Assembly: GCA_951406725.2 (NCBI GenBank)
Contig: OX597827.1
Location: forward strand, 66,650,001 to 66,714,000
Origin: Octopus vulgaris
Taxonomy: Eukaryota
Length of the DNA: 64,000 nucleotides
Reading direction: 5' to 3'
Under the pieces are notes generated by a model. It did not search any database. It saw nothing but the letters and a program-made list of their open reading frames with translations, and was not told where the DNA came from. This document shows, in pieces, positions 40,162 to 54,168 of this stretch (positions within the stretch are counted from its first letter, which is position 1; every line of letters begins with the position of its first letter). A program made the translations under genes and the position numbers.

Positions 40162-40249
40162 TTTCGTCATTTCCTCATTACGTCTTGCTGGAGGAGATGT
40201 TAACACTGAAAGTTTATTATCATAAAATCAAGGAAATATATATATATAT

Positions 40250-40331
<82 letters not shown>

Positions 40332-40907
40332 TAAATGAATGATATTACGCGGCAAATATTGCCAACTCGTAAGTATTTAAATATTCACGGACATACACAA
40401 TGTATAATGTGATATAATTATATCTTCCAAGGCATTACATTTTATGAATGATCCTGTTAAACGACAGTAAACTTTTCCGGTTATTTAAAGTTAGAATTGG
40501 TTAGAAAGTCACTTAAATCGCAAGCAAAATACTAATTTAATTCAAAGCTACATTTCGAGGTTGTTGTGTAAATTAATTTCTGCAAAGAAGAAGTTTTATG
40601 GATAAGTATGTGCCTCTACCTGAAACTATGTGCAATATTGTTGGCTGTGTCTCATTGTGCTTGCATGAGAATATTCTATATGTATTCTTGTAGGTTATAC
40701 CATGCTGCTTTTGCGCTGACACTCCATATGATAGCATGACACTGAGCACTTTCACGTTAACATTAGACACTCTCAAATACAAAAATTCTCACACACATGG
40801 TCATATAAACACACATACAAAGACACACAAGAAGCACATACATATATATCTATATTAAGTTATAATTATGTGTAGATATTTACATATATATATATATATA
40901 TTTATAG

Positions 40908-40989
<82 letters not shown>

Positions 40990-41140
40990 GTATGTATATA
41001 TATATATATGTGTGTATGTACGGACAAATATGAATGCATACAGAGGTGCTCTGACACATTCTACTTATTGTTTGCTCGCATTAGTTCACACTGATTACCG
41101 ACGGTGAATAAGGAGAAATTTGAAGGCAGATAATAATAAC

Positions 41141-41220
<80 letters not shown>

Positions 41221-43079
41221 CAACGATAAATTTTCCATTTGAAATATTAATAAAACTCCGGGTATTTTACGTTTATTGAAATTGTTGATAATGGATTAGC
41301 GAACGTATCATACGCATTCAAGTATTTAATATTGGTATCTCATATTTAGTTTTGACACTTTCTATGTGGCAAACCATTATCTTTCTTCAATGGTTTTAAT
41401 TGCTAAATGAAATTTCTATTGATTTTCATTTATTCATTTTTGAATAAGATAATTTTATCTTTGCTTCGGAAAAGCACGGAAACCATACGTCAATTACAAG
41501 TTATTCAATACAACCAATAACGAAGAACTGAATGTATACTTCTTCTTATAAATAATAAGGGACAATACATTCGTGAGTCTCGAAGCAGTCACTTATTTTT
41601 AATAATACACACACATCAGTGTGTGTGTATGTGTGTGTGTTTGTGTATATGTGTGTATATGTGTGTGGTTGCAGCGATAAAATCAGTTTTCAAACATATA
41701 GAATTCAAAATTAGGAAGAATAAATTCAAATATATGTATATTCCTAGATATATAATCTTCAAAATTAATATGGTCTGACCGCGGCTAAGAAGCAAATGAC
41801 CAACGCTTCTATAAAGTCAAGAATGAATTTCGTAGCTCAACATAATCGAATCAAGAACAAACACTTATAAATATTACTTGTCAAGGAAAGTATATATCTG
41901 TGGTCAGTTGAGCAGCTCCAAATCTCCACCTCACCAAGAAATACCACAGCCTACCATTTTACACAATATGTACATATTGGGGCCAAGCAGAAATATCAGG
42001 TCGTTAGGGATTTGATCGTAGATCAAACGGATTTTGATCATAGATTCACTCAGTTCAGACGAGTCTAGACTTAAACAGTAACCTTGTTTAAAAGCTTACA
42101 CGTAGAGAGAAAACAACGTGCCTGTATATTTCAGGGGCATCCTAGCCTTTGAATGTGTTTGTGTGTGTCTAAGCCGCTGACGGTGACAGTGTCGAAGAAT
42201 GAGTGTTTTCAATATGAAAAAAGAATTATCAACACCATAGTATCTGAGAGGATATATCCAGTACCTGATCACGCAGAGTCCACGTCACATTTTTAAAGAG
42301 ATATTTGAATCAGAATACGCAGAAGAAGGATATAGTAAATTTGTTTATTCCATACTGCTAAATGTATGTTCAGTTATGAAGTAGACGACGATTTTTTGTT
42401 CGATTTCGAATGGAAGGATCTGTGTTTTCGTTTAGCGCTTTGTAAATAATTTATGTATGTATGAACTTGTGTTCATAAAGCTTCAGAGAAGTGTCAAAAA
42501 TCATTTAATATCATCAGTGATCTACGATATCAATATATTTATTCGTCAGTAAGTGTTAAAACAACGGAGAATGGGAATAAAAGTCAATCACTATGAAATA
42601 CACAAATACATTTTACATTTCAATTGACCTCATCAAATTTTTATACACATGAAGTAAAACATTGTAAAAACATACTTACAATGTGAAACATTACGCTCAT
42701 TTGAATATCAAATCTCACTAGGATTAGAATAATGACGCTAATTATGTACTCTCAAAATATCGTAAAATAATTTAGTTTTAAATTTTTAGTCAAAAGGGAA
42801 AAAATATGTGATGTTTGCAATAAAGAGATAAGTAGCAAAAAAATGTCCCTGCGAAAATATCCCTGTTTAAAAATATCAATGGTATTTCTTCAAATGACCA
42901 ATGTGATTAAGTACGAAATAGAAATGGTATTCTTCCTATCTGTTAGAAATTGCATCACGAAACATTTTCATACTATTTAAAACTTACCCCTACAACTCAA
43001 ATTTTCTTTCAGAATTTCATATATATATGAAAGTTGAGAGAATAAACGTGTGTATGTAGTATGTATATATATATATGTC

Positions 43080-43224
<145 letters not shown>

Positions 43225-43274
43225 ATAACATGTGACAATTATTCGGTAGCCATGATAAGAGTAAATATATCATC

Positions 43275-44032
43275 AGAACTAGAGAATAAAAGAATTACAT
43301 GCGTGTTGCTATAATTATAGTAGATTGAACTTAGGGCGAAAATAGCCCAAATAAAATTTGGAATGACAGAGAGAATAACAATGGGGCCCCAATGATGGTA
43401 ATATAGCTGCATTTATCTTTCTCTCTGTCACAATCAAAAGATTTATGCTTCTCGTATTCTTCATCCACTAAGAGTTAAAACCACAGGGAATTGACAGTTA
43501 AGCTCTAGCTGTTGATGATAAATTAATTAATGCCAGATGCTCTTCCCTACACCTAATGCACTGTGGCTATAAATAAGCTATAACTACATAAAGGAACATG
43601 TCACAGAAGATGTCAGAATGATAGTGGTATATGCCCATAAAAAGGAGTTTAGGGTGTGACATAAAGTATTTTATTATTATCAGTTAAAGGGGGGCATAAA
43701 ATAGAAAACAAAGGAAGTCACAGAGAAATCTAAATGGGAATTAATGTTACAGGAGAAAGAATGCATATCCAAAGTTATCAGAATTTACATAATATACTCT
43801 TTCACTCTTTTACTTGTTCCAGTCTTTTGACTGTGGCCATGCTGGAGCACCGCCTTTAGTCGAGCAAATCGACCCCAGGACTTATTCTTTGTAAGCCTAG
43901 TACTTATTCTAGCAGTCTCTTTCGCCGAACCGCTAAGTTACGGGGACGTAAACACATCAGCATCGGTTGTCAAGCGATGTAGGGGGGACCATACACAAGA
44001 TACACACACACATACACACACACACACAAACA

Positions 44033-44084
<52 letters not shown>

Positions 44085-44673
44085 CATATACACGACGGGC
44101 TACTTTCAATTTCCCTCAACCAAATCCACTCACAAGGCTTTGGTCGGCCCGAGGCTATATTAGAAGACACTTGTCCAAGGTGCCACACAGTGGGGCTGAA
44201 CCCGGTCCATGTAGTTGGTAAGCAAGCTACTTACCACACAGCCACTCCTACGCCTATATAAATATTACTTTATTTTGTATAATAAATAATAAAACTTTAA
44301 AATTTAGAAAGGGATATTAGGACACAGTAAGAGTAGAAAAATACAAAAACCAATTTAAGCTTTAAAGATGTTGAGTACTTTTATATAAAATAGAATCCTA
44401 ACAATGCTTCTTCTTAGCAATTTGATGAGGTGGTCACGATAAAACCATTCCACAACGAAGCCATTAAAACAATCAGATTTCATCTGAGAATGAGAAACCC
44501 ATTTTCTATTGACTGAAAACCAGGAATTAAAGGCAAAAATGAGATAATTAGTTCTATGACAGAAAAATTTATTTAAAGAAGGTTGAGAAAATATAATTAA
44601 ATAAAAAACATCTTCAACATTATGAAAAAATCTTAAGGGACGTAAGAACATATGTAGGTGTAAAAGTACCGCG

Positions 44674-44744
<71 letters not shown>

Positions 44745-45179
44745 AATATATTATAATTATAATATGTAATTACAAATAAATAAAAAGAATATAAGTATGC
44801 ATAATATCTCCTATTATATTTTATCATAATTAACTGTACAGAAAAGATGCAACCCCTCCACAAATCTTAGAATGTTAGAACAGTATATGCGAGAGCAAAC
44901 AGGTATAAAAAAATACGAAATTTAATAATATGATATAATATAATATAGTATAATATAAAAAATTGATAAATAAACATTTTAGTAACTGTTGTATACCAGC
45001 TGCATTTTATCTTTTGATTTTGATAAGGAGAAAGGTAAATGTAGCTATATTACCATCTCTTTAAACGCCCATTGTTATTCTCTCCTGCCATTCCAAATTA
45101 TAGCTGGCATATATTCTCCCTAGGTTCACTCTGTTACAATAATAGCAACTAGCATGTAATCATTTTGTTTTCGAGTTCT
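43275..45179. repeat. ~170-bp diverged inverted repeats (43275-43442 / 45009-45179) bounding ~1.6 kb
   Basis: For example atggtaatatagctgcatttatctttctc pairs with gagaaaggtaaatgtagctatattaccat. Confidence 0.75.
43796..44255 (-). mobile_element. Full-length microsatellite-containing CORE-like SINE
   Basis: Head ggcgtaggagtggctgtgtggtaag, ccttggacaagtgtctt core, internal (TA)(TG)n, (taaaagag)-type tail. Confidence 0.92.
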
Positions 45180-45267
45180 ATTGAACCTTTTGCTAAAATA
45201 TTAGAATGGAGTACCTTGTATGTCGAAAATCTCTATGGTCTTATTCTTCCAAGGAATGCGGTGTATT

Positions 45268-45420
45268 TCAAACTGATGCAACGATTACATTGGTCGAAAC
45301 GACCGTAATGCAGTAATACCTTGACAACCTTCCAGTTCTATATGTCCATGGACATATGGCGTAGTGGTTAAAACTGTGGGCTACAAGCCCCAAGATTCCG
45401 AGTTCGATTCCAGGAACAGG
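45268..45420 (+). mobile_element. Degenerate hammerhead followed by a tRNA-like Pol III promoter
   Basis: CTGATGc...gtcGAAACgaccGTA at 45273-45307; 18-bp palindrome at 45340-45357; A box TGGCGTAGTGG 45357-45367; B box GAGTTCGATTCC 45400-45411. Confidence 0.55.
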
Positions 45421-45428
45421 CTGTAATT

Positions 45429-46367
45429 TTACCAACTGAGTTCCTGAATTCTCTAAAGACATCTGGGATCCCACCTCACCACTTAACACTTAAAAAGGAG
45501 GCCCCAATCATGCTTCACAAGAATTTGGATTCACTTCATATGTGCAATGGCACTAGACTGGTGGTGAAAGTGATGCGACTGCATGTCCTAGAGGCATCAA
45601 TTATGACTGGGAACTATAGGGTGAGGATGCCTTCATTCCACAGACCCCGTTAATCCCATATCACCTCTTCTTTGAATTAAAACGATTCCGATTCCCAGTG
45701 AAACTAGGTTTCACTAGGTGAATAAACAAATCTCAAGGAGAGTCTCTCAAATTTGATGAACTTAATCTCGCCTCTCTCATGGGCAGTTATATGTAGGATG
45801 TTCGGAAGTTGGGTGTCCCCGAAATATCTTCATTTATACACCAACTAAAGGACACACTCAAAACATTGTATATTTAGAAGCTTTAGATAATTAAAACTTT
45901 GATTGATTGCCGGATTTGTTTCAATACATTTATTTATACTCACGTCATCTGATAGAATTTTGTTAAATGTATTTATTAATAGGAGAGGAAATTTATGCCT
46001 TTTCAAGTTCAACTTATTTCAAAGAAGTACTGACAATTAACAGTGATTGCAATGATAAACAATTACCTGCTCTTTTAACAATTTTTACAGTAAGGACATT
46101 GGATAAAACATGTTATTGACATATAGAGTTGGTACCTCATCTTATAGCTGTTGAAAGCTGCATAATCCATGTTTCATTTTACTCAGAGATTTGACAGGGT
46201 TACTTGAATTTCCTTATGTCAAGTAAACTAGGAAACATCGGTTTATTAATGCATAACGTTGGTATCTCAGCTACTAAGCTACCTGCGTAGTTTATGTTTC
46301 ATGCTAGTTAGAAATCTAAAATTATATTACATTCTGTAACCCGGGCAACGCCGGGTATTTCTACTAG
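45429..46367 (+). mobile_element. Helitron 3' portion: PIF1-like helicase remnant (45429-45893) plus canonical 3' terminus
   Basis: PTEFLNSLKTSGIPPHHLTLKKEAPIMLHKNLD..CNGTRLVV..FPVKLGF..INKSQG..SHGQLYVGCS..TQNIVYLEAL; hairpin ACCCGG-gcaacg-CCGGGT at 46339-46356; CTAG|T at 46364-46368. Confidence 0.93.
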
Positions 46368-46412
46368 TTTATATATATATAATTATTACTTATATATGCG
46401 CCTTGCTAGCAA

Positions 46413-46582
46413 GGTTAAAATGGAGATAAGTTGTTGGAAATCAAACTTCGCAACAGCATAGCTATTGATTGGAAATAAAAATTAAGGTACCTGCTACAAA
46501 AATTTCCTTCGAGGAATCATTTTGTAAATGATCAATTTATCTGTCCATCTACTTATGTCTGTCTGACTGTTTGTCTATCTAT

Positions 46583-46627
<45 letters not shown>

Positions 46628-46704
46628 GATCGATCAATCGATCGATCGTTCGATCTATCTGTTTCTCTCTCCTTCTCTCTCTGTCTCTCTGACTATAACT
46701 ATAT

Positions 46705-46774
<70 letters not shown>

Positions 46775-47709
46775 TGTGTGTGTGTGTGTGTGTGTGTGCG
46801 TATTTATATAAATGCACGCGTATATGTCTGTTACACATATGCCTGTTCATACACAGGCGTTCTATTTAAATGTAAGTGCTACACCTTACATATATATATA
46901 TAAGTATATATACCAAGACAGATACATATATATATATAAACCTCTATACATACACGTACAAGTAGACTTAAATAGTACAATAATACTTGTGAAGACAGAT
47001 AATAGAGCAGTGAAAAATTTCGTGTAATTAATGATAAGGATAATTTTAATTAAATTTCTCCTTTACCGATTAAATTTTAATTAAACGAGGAAGAAACGAA
47101 GCGTTACTCTGAATAAATATATTGAATATACATATAATGACGTTGTAAATTTCTAGAATACGTTTACACAGATTCCGAAATGCATCTACGCGTATATTAT
47201 ATACACTTTTATATGTGTTTGTGTGTGTGTGTGTATGTGTGTGTTTGTGAGTGGATGTCCGTGTGTTTGTGCATGTCCATATCTGTGTGTGTTTTTGTGA
47301 GTGTGAGAATGTATTCTGCCTTCATGAGTTTGTGTGCATTTATATATATATATATATATATAAATTCCGAAATTGCGAGGATAATCTGGTGCCTGACTAA
47401 AGATAGTTGGCTTCGAATGACCCGTCCTTGTTTTTTTTTTTATCGCCTATCTGGATGTTTGGTTGTCCCTTTTTTGTATCACCTAACTGTCCGGATGATT
47501 TGCGTTCTTGTGCCATTTTGTATTATATATATATATATATAAAATGATCCGGCAAGTCGTTGGACAAAACAATATCATCGGACAAAACGACGGTCAAAAT
47601 GGACATAAGCTTTTGGGAATCAATCTTCGCAACAGCATAGTTATTGATCAGAAATAAAAATTAAGGTACTTGCTACAAAAATTTCCTTTGAGTAAATCAT
47701 TTTGTAAAT
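46413..47709. repeat. ~117-bp direct repeats (46413-46529 / 47592-47709), each followed by (TATC)n
   Basis: cttcgcaacagcatag.tattgat..gaaataaaaattaaggtac.tgctacaaaaatttcctt is present in both. Confidence 0.8.
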
Positions 47710-47748
47710 TTATCTATCTATCTATATATCTGTTTGTCTATATATCTG

Positions 47749-47827
<79 letters not shown>

Positions 47828-47864
47828 GTCTCTCTGTCTCTCTGTCTATCTGTCTGTCTGTCTA

Positions 47865-47921
<57 letters not shown>

Positions 47922-47922
47922 A

Positions 47923-48011
<89 letters not shown>

Positions 48012-48032
48012 ATATATGTATATAGATAGATA

Positions 48033-48617
48033 AGTTTCTTTATTGGCCACACAGGGCTGGACACAGATGGGACACGTTACAAGTTAGAGCGTTTCTTTTG
48101 GGGGATGAAGAGAACAAAAAACAAAAGAAAAAAAAAAGGGGTGGCGTAGGTTTTCGATCAAGAGGGATCGTGTATCACAGTGTTATGATATATGGTGTAA
48201 AGGGGAAAGCAAGTAAGGTTTATCCGTGGGAAGAAAAGCCTACGAAAAAGACCACGGTAACCTTGGTCAATATTGTTATATGTTACCACATTTGTTTGCA
48301 AGTGGGTAACCCTCTGTTTTCAATTTCTGGGTTCATAGTATTATGCTCAAGGTGGCTTCGTCATTCATACGTGCCATCCTTGCTACATTCACCCATCTTT
48401 TTTTAAAACATTCGCTAGACAAAACTTGCCTCTCTACTCTCACTTTCCTTTTCAAGTGGTACTTGAAGAAGTTGATGAGAGATTGACCAGAGAGGAAAGT
48501 GTTTGTCTCCAATCCTTTAAGACGCGTCCACCAGATACATTCTTTCGCCATAGCCACAAGGATGATGAAAATAGCTTTTCCTTCCCGTTTGAAGGAAGGA
48601 GGCGTGACAATATTGAC
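48033..48617 (-). mobile_element. 5'-truncated Tx1/L1-clade LINE (ORF2 C-terminus 48333-48617 plus 3' UTR) inserted in (GATA)n
   Basis: Open frame IVTPPSFKREGKAIFIILVAMAKECIWWTRLKGL...FFKYHLKRKVRVER...FKKRW; AATAAA at the 3' end; GATA repeats on both flanks. Confidence 0.8.
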
Positions 48618-48713
<96 letters not shown>

Positions 48714-48926
48714 TAGATTTCGGGCTAAATGCCATGCACAAAATGAAGTCAATGCACCGCGGAATTCCCAAACATGCTTCATTTTTACTTTACTCAAACG
48801 TGGACCAAACTTTTGTAAAACAAAACTTAGATTTTGTTTTAGAAATCCTAACAAAATCAACTTTATCATTCATCCCTGAATTCAATGAAATTCGAAAGCT
48901 CTACTCTTACATGTTCACATGAAGAG

Positions 48927-48992
<66 letters not shown>

Positions 48993-49396
48993 TCAATATT
49001 CAATTTTGGGGTATTAATCGATATGCGGACCTTCTATTTCAGATAATACAGAAATAACTTAATGTGTATATCTTACAGTAATCTCATAGTATCAATTTGC
49101 ACATCAAGAACCCCAAGGTATAATATGTAGATGCATATAACGCTGTAAAGTTACACCTGATTGATTTGGAAAATTGTTTTCCCAAATTATTTATATATAT
49201 ACATACATATATAATGAAAGAGAGAGAGAGAGAGGGGGTGAGAGAGACAGACAGTGACTGAAAGAATTAAATATGTATGTGCATGGATGTGAGCGATAGC
49301 TTTCCTGCCTAAAGTCGAAGAAAAAGGAAATCTTAATAGGAAAACAAGGGAATGAATCATATTGATGTACTTAGATGGTCCCGCTAGCTCAAAGTC

Positions 49397-49568
<172 letters not shown>

Positions 49569-49641
49569 TCGCTCTCCCGTCATTGGCGGCATATGGATGG
49601 TTAGCTCTTATACGGAAGCTCTTATATGGTTAGCTCTTATA

Positions 49642-49876
49642 AGGCGGCGAGCTGGCAGAAACGTTAGCACGCCAGGCGAAATGTTTAGCGGTATTTCGTC
49701 TGCGTTACGTTCTAATAGAGTTCAAATTCCGCCGAGGTCGACTTTGCCTTTCATCCTTTCAGGGTCGATAAATTAAGTACCAGTTACGCACTGGGGTCGA
49801 TGTAATTGACTTAATACCTATGCCTGTCCTAGTTTGTCCCTTCTGTGTTTAGCCCCTTGTGGGTAATAATGAAATA
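49642..49876 (+). mobile_element. Full-length Meta-domain-like SINE B, inserted into an older minus-strand SINE (about 49570-50120)
   Basis: 14-bp TSD ggttagctcttata at 49628-49641 and 49877-49890. Confidence 0.92.
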
Positions 49877-50304
49877 GGTTAGCTCTTATACGGAAACTTG
49901 TGCACAAAACGATTTGTTTATAGTGATCAAATATACATACTGTACATTAGCTCTCTCTTTCCAGCAAATTGATCTTTCCTTAACAGGCGCATAGTTTCGG
50001 ATAAATTAGAGAGCAACTTGATATGAAATGTTGTGTTCAAGAACATAATGTGCCATCCCGTGTTGGAACCGAAACCACGATCTCACGATCGTCGGTGCCA
50101 CTGTCTACCCTCTAAGCCATAATTATAAGACACTTAAAATCTATACTAATAAAATCTAGCAAAACAAAGCAGATTCACTCGTTAAACACTTTGCAAAACG
50201 TCGTTTCTTAGTGCAGCTCTCATATTTTCCTACCCAATTTTAGTTATGTATGACGAGTGATACATCTAAGTTTCGGTTCACAAATGTTACATAACACTTA
50301 TTGA

Positions 50305-50366
50305 ATAACAACTAATAACAAAGTATAACAACTAATAACAAAGTATAACAACTAATAACAAAGTAT
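50305..50366. repeat. 20-bp minisatellite x3 (ataacaactaataacaaagt)
   Basis: Three perfect copies. Confidence 0.9.
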
Positions 50367-51152
50367 CACACTTTCCATAACACGTATCTTATGACATCAA
50401 TAAAAACAAATGTGATATATTATATAACCTACATTATTGCCTCTGAATCTGATGACACAGCTAACACAGTAGAGTTATCCATAACCTATAATACCAACAC
50501 TGTAACACCAAAAATGCACACAACGCAATTTCTTAACAACCATATTATTTCCATAATCGATGTGTGAGAGTAAAACACCTAACGGTTTGCACATTTCCTT
50601 TTAAGAGACACTAACACCACCACAGCGTGTGCGTTTGAGAACATTTCAGACGTCTTGTGTTGAACTAATTATAGAAACTCATATAATTAACTCTTTTCAG
50701 GTATTCTTCATTATATATTTCTAATTATCTATATATATAGTTGCCCTAAACATGAGAAACATTACCTGGTAACTTAAATATTTAAAAATAATATTATGCA
50801 AACATTCCAAAGACAGTCCACTTTTTGCCTACACATCATGACGGAAAAAGATGATACTAAAAAAAATAGCTGATACAGTAATAATAATGGTGATGATAAT
50901 AATAAACCTGTCTACAATACGCCAAATGCCTTAGAATTTGGGGTCTGGTAAGCCAATTACGTTCATCTTGGCGCTCAACTGATAAATAGTTCAAGGACCA
51001 CGGAAAGATGAAATACTAATCATTTTGCTCGTTGTGTTAACGATGTTATCAGCTCGTCGTAAAACTAATAATGATAATGACTATAATGACAACGATAGCA
51101 ATAACAACTACAACAACAACAATAACAACAACAACGATAGTGGTAATAATGA

Positions 51153-51486
51153 TGTGGTATATAGTTGACGTTGCATGCTACTTTGGCCCAAGAATAGGCA
51201 AGAAGGAAGGCGAAATGATAGATATATACAATGCTCATAAGTAAGAAATATCTCGGCTATAGAACATGAAGAAGGAGAATATAGTGCTAATTATTGCTGG
51301 GTCCTTGGGATGAGTGTCAGAAGGCATCAAGAGGAATATAAAGGAAATTGGAATTGTGTGCCCAGTAGAATTATTACAAGAAAGAATAGAAAGAAAAAAT
51401 AGCATGGTACCGTAGGCTGCATGTAGTAAGCCTGCTATGCATGCAAGACTTCAGGAGCTCCAACAAAGGCTGCGGTAAAAGAAAAA
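51153..51486 (+). mobile_element. R4/Dong-clade LINE 3' fragment abutting a (TAA)n array (51485-51780)
   Basis: WYIVDVACYFGPRIGKKEGEMIDIY..EISRL*NMKK..LIIAGSLG*VS..KEIGIVCPVELLQ corresponds to the RLE endonuclease region. Confidence 0.85.
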
Positions 51487-51497
51487 TAATAATAATG

Positions 51498-51554
<57 letters not shown>

Positions 51555-51555
51555 G

Positions 51556-51646
<91 letters not shown>

Positions 51647-51672
51647 TGACGATGATGATAATAATAATAATG

Positions 51673-51766
<94 letters not shown>

Positions 51767-52391
51767 TAATAATAATAATATCGTTTTGGATTTTGGATTT
51801 GGAAACTCGTGAATTCTATAAAAAATAGCATATAAATATTGGATTGAAAAATTATTTAGGATAGGAAAAAATATGGGATAAACTCGTGAAAGTTTCGAAA
51901 ATTCTTATGACAAAGAAATTGATTATAAAATAAGGGCGTAAAACAGATCTGTAAAGAAAAAAGCATTTTTACATGATTTAATAACTCCTGGGGAAATTAT
52001 AGAAAAAAAATCAAAAGAAAACCCAAAACAAATTAGAAATAACATTAAGACAGATATCATAGTGCTGGTCATTACATCATATATTTAGTACATTAGCAAT
52101 GTAATTTAGTAGAAATGTAATATAACTAAGATATATTAGCTATATTATATATATATATATATATGTATGTATGCATATATATATATATTATATATATATA
52201 TATATATATCATGTTGATTACTGTTGTTGCCGTCCTCTTCCTGTATACATACATACATACATACATACATACATACACATATATATATATATATAATTAA
52301 TTAATACTTTTGCAAAATCTATATATCCTTACGCCATGTAATTCCTGTATAATATTTTTTTTCTTTTTTGTCTTGGCCGCAGTTAACTTAC

Positions 52392-53175
52392 CAGATCTAG
52401 GTACATATATCCCGATACAACAAGACACCTAAATGTGTCTGTAAATATTCTCATGTTTTTGTTGCGCAAGAATATTTAAACATTCTCAGGATAGATTTTT
52501 CCTCACATCTCGAAGCATGCTGTTCAATATATTCCTGCTATTCTGCCTCGCTCATACTTATATCTTCTCTATTTTAAGTAACCTTTCAATAATATTTCCC
52601 TATCAAACTTCCAACGTAATATTCAAATATGAGTTCTTTATTTCTGCCCTCTGAAGTATCGAATGACATGTTATGGATACGAATCATCCTGAAATTTTCT
52701 GGTGGCATTTTGTTTTGTTTTATATCTCTTTGGTAATGTGCCTCTAAATTGTGCCCTCAAAAACGTATAATACTGCGAAATGTGCTCGGTTTTCATCTCC
52801 TCCACAAAGGCGCGATTCTCTGAAATAGCCCAATTGGATACGTGAAGAATATGTACTATATGGTCATTGGTTTCTACAACGTTGTACAAGGACTTCCTAT
52901 GCCGACCTTGGTACTATAATTCGTAGTGCTCTGTGGAATGGCGCCACAGCTGAAGTCGTCTTGAGTGCTCTGCACAGATCTCATTAATTTTAGATTCTTA
53001 AAATTTTCAAGTAGAATTATTACCTTTCCTTTCTGAAGCAGCTAATTTCCCCTTGTCCCACAAGTATAGTTGCCGTCTCCCTTTGCACGCCTTCCGGCAT
53101 ATTTCCAGTATCTTTCTCTCGTTTCTGCCTCACAATTACAATTAACCCTTTCCAGACAAAGTTTTATCCATCATG
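52392..53175 (-). pseudogene. Best-preserved long decayed paralog of the unidentified family
   Basis: SLYNVVETNDHIVHILHVSNWAISENRAFVEEMKTEHISQYYTFLRAQF../MPPENFRMIRIHNMSF../IIERLLK..QNSRNILNSMLRDVRKIYPENV..SGYMYLDL, ending at a consensus donor CTG|gtaagt (52392/52391). Confidence 0.55.
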
Positions 53176-53349
53176 CCTATTACCCATAATTCATTACAGA
53201 ATTATAAAGGGGGGGCAGAAAGAGAGAGAGAGAAAGACGGACAGAAAGACAGAAAGAAAGAATAAAGAAAGAAATAGAAACTGAGAGAGAAATCATGTTT
53301 TTACGTATATTGAAAGTCATGTGCCGTACTTTTGCAATTATGTCAATGT

Positions 53350-53850
53350 AACATGACTTCCTTGGTGATAGATTGAGATGGCAAGATTTAGAAAGCGCCG
53401 AGAAAGTGTGTTGTAGTTTAGAAACGTTTAAAAGAATAATTTAGATAAGAATGAGTTTCGAAGATTTTGAAATGGAAAGATTATTCTTGTCAGTATAAGT
53501 ATTTGACGAAGCAGTGAAAATGCTACGTGTAGATAGTATATATCAGCGATAATCAGTCATACTTGACAGGTATTTAAAAGAAATCAAGAAAAAATGAACG
53601 CAAAACATTATGCTGCAAAATGGAGGCGTAAATGAACGCTTACAGGCACAGAAGTGAACAAGATAATTTCCGTCAACTGTAAAGACTAATAAAAATAATA
53701 CGGGATGTAAGACGCAAGGCAAAAGAAATACAGTTAAGGAAATAAAAATTGATATTACTGCTACAGAATAAGCATAACACTTAGACATTTTAAGAAGTTG
53801 AAGGTAGACTGACGAAGCTCTGAAACCAATGTGAGAGTATTACATCTTAA
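53350..53850 (+). pseudogene. Possible decayed coding segment
   Basis: Single frame HDFLGDRLRWQDLESAEKVCCSLETFKRII*IRMSFEDFEMERLFLSV*VFDEAVKML... has protein-like composition and scattered stops. Confidence 0.3.
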
Positions 53851-54042
53851 ACTTGACTTTAAAGAAATGCGTAAAAATAATTGAAAGGGTACGTGAGCCA
53901 TGGTTTGTGGTATGGCAGTTCTAGAAATATCAGAATGTTAGATGAGATATACACAAGTACACGCGTTCGCACGCATGCACATGCATACACACACACACAC
54001 ACACACACACTCACACACACACACACAAACACACACACATAC

Positions 54043-54168
54043 GCAAGCTTTGGAGAAAAGAATGAGCGCTTTAGCGAATCGAACAGGAGTGATGTTTAAT
54101 CAGTACAATGTGCGACCCCACACTGCAAAGATCACAACGCAGAATATCGAAGAGCTTAGCTGAGACAC
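54043..54168 (+). mobile_element. Mariner transposase catalytic-domain remnant
   Basis: ALEKRMSALANRTGVMFNQYNVRPHTAKITTQNIEELS* matches the mariner HQDNARPH motif region. Confidence 0.85.

Noticed and set aside
41760-42385. Another possible decayed coding segment on + (QSPRHIFKEIFES...)
   Set aside because: Similarity to the cryptic family is too weak to support by eye.
50305-50366. Short direct repeats as a CRISPR array
   Set aside because: No spacers, no cas genes, eukaryotic context.
53804-53838. CTGACGA-agctct-GAAAC hammerhead-like motif
   Set aside because: Stem II is not viable, the triplet would be GUG, and there is no stem I; likely chance.
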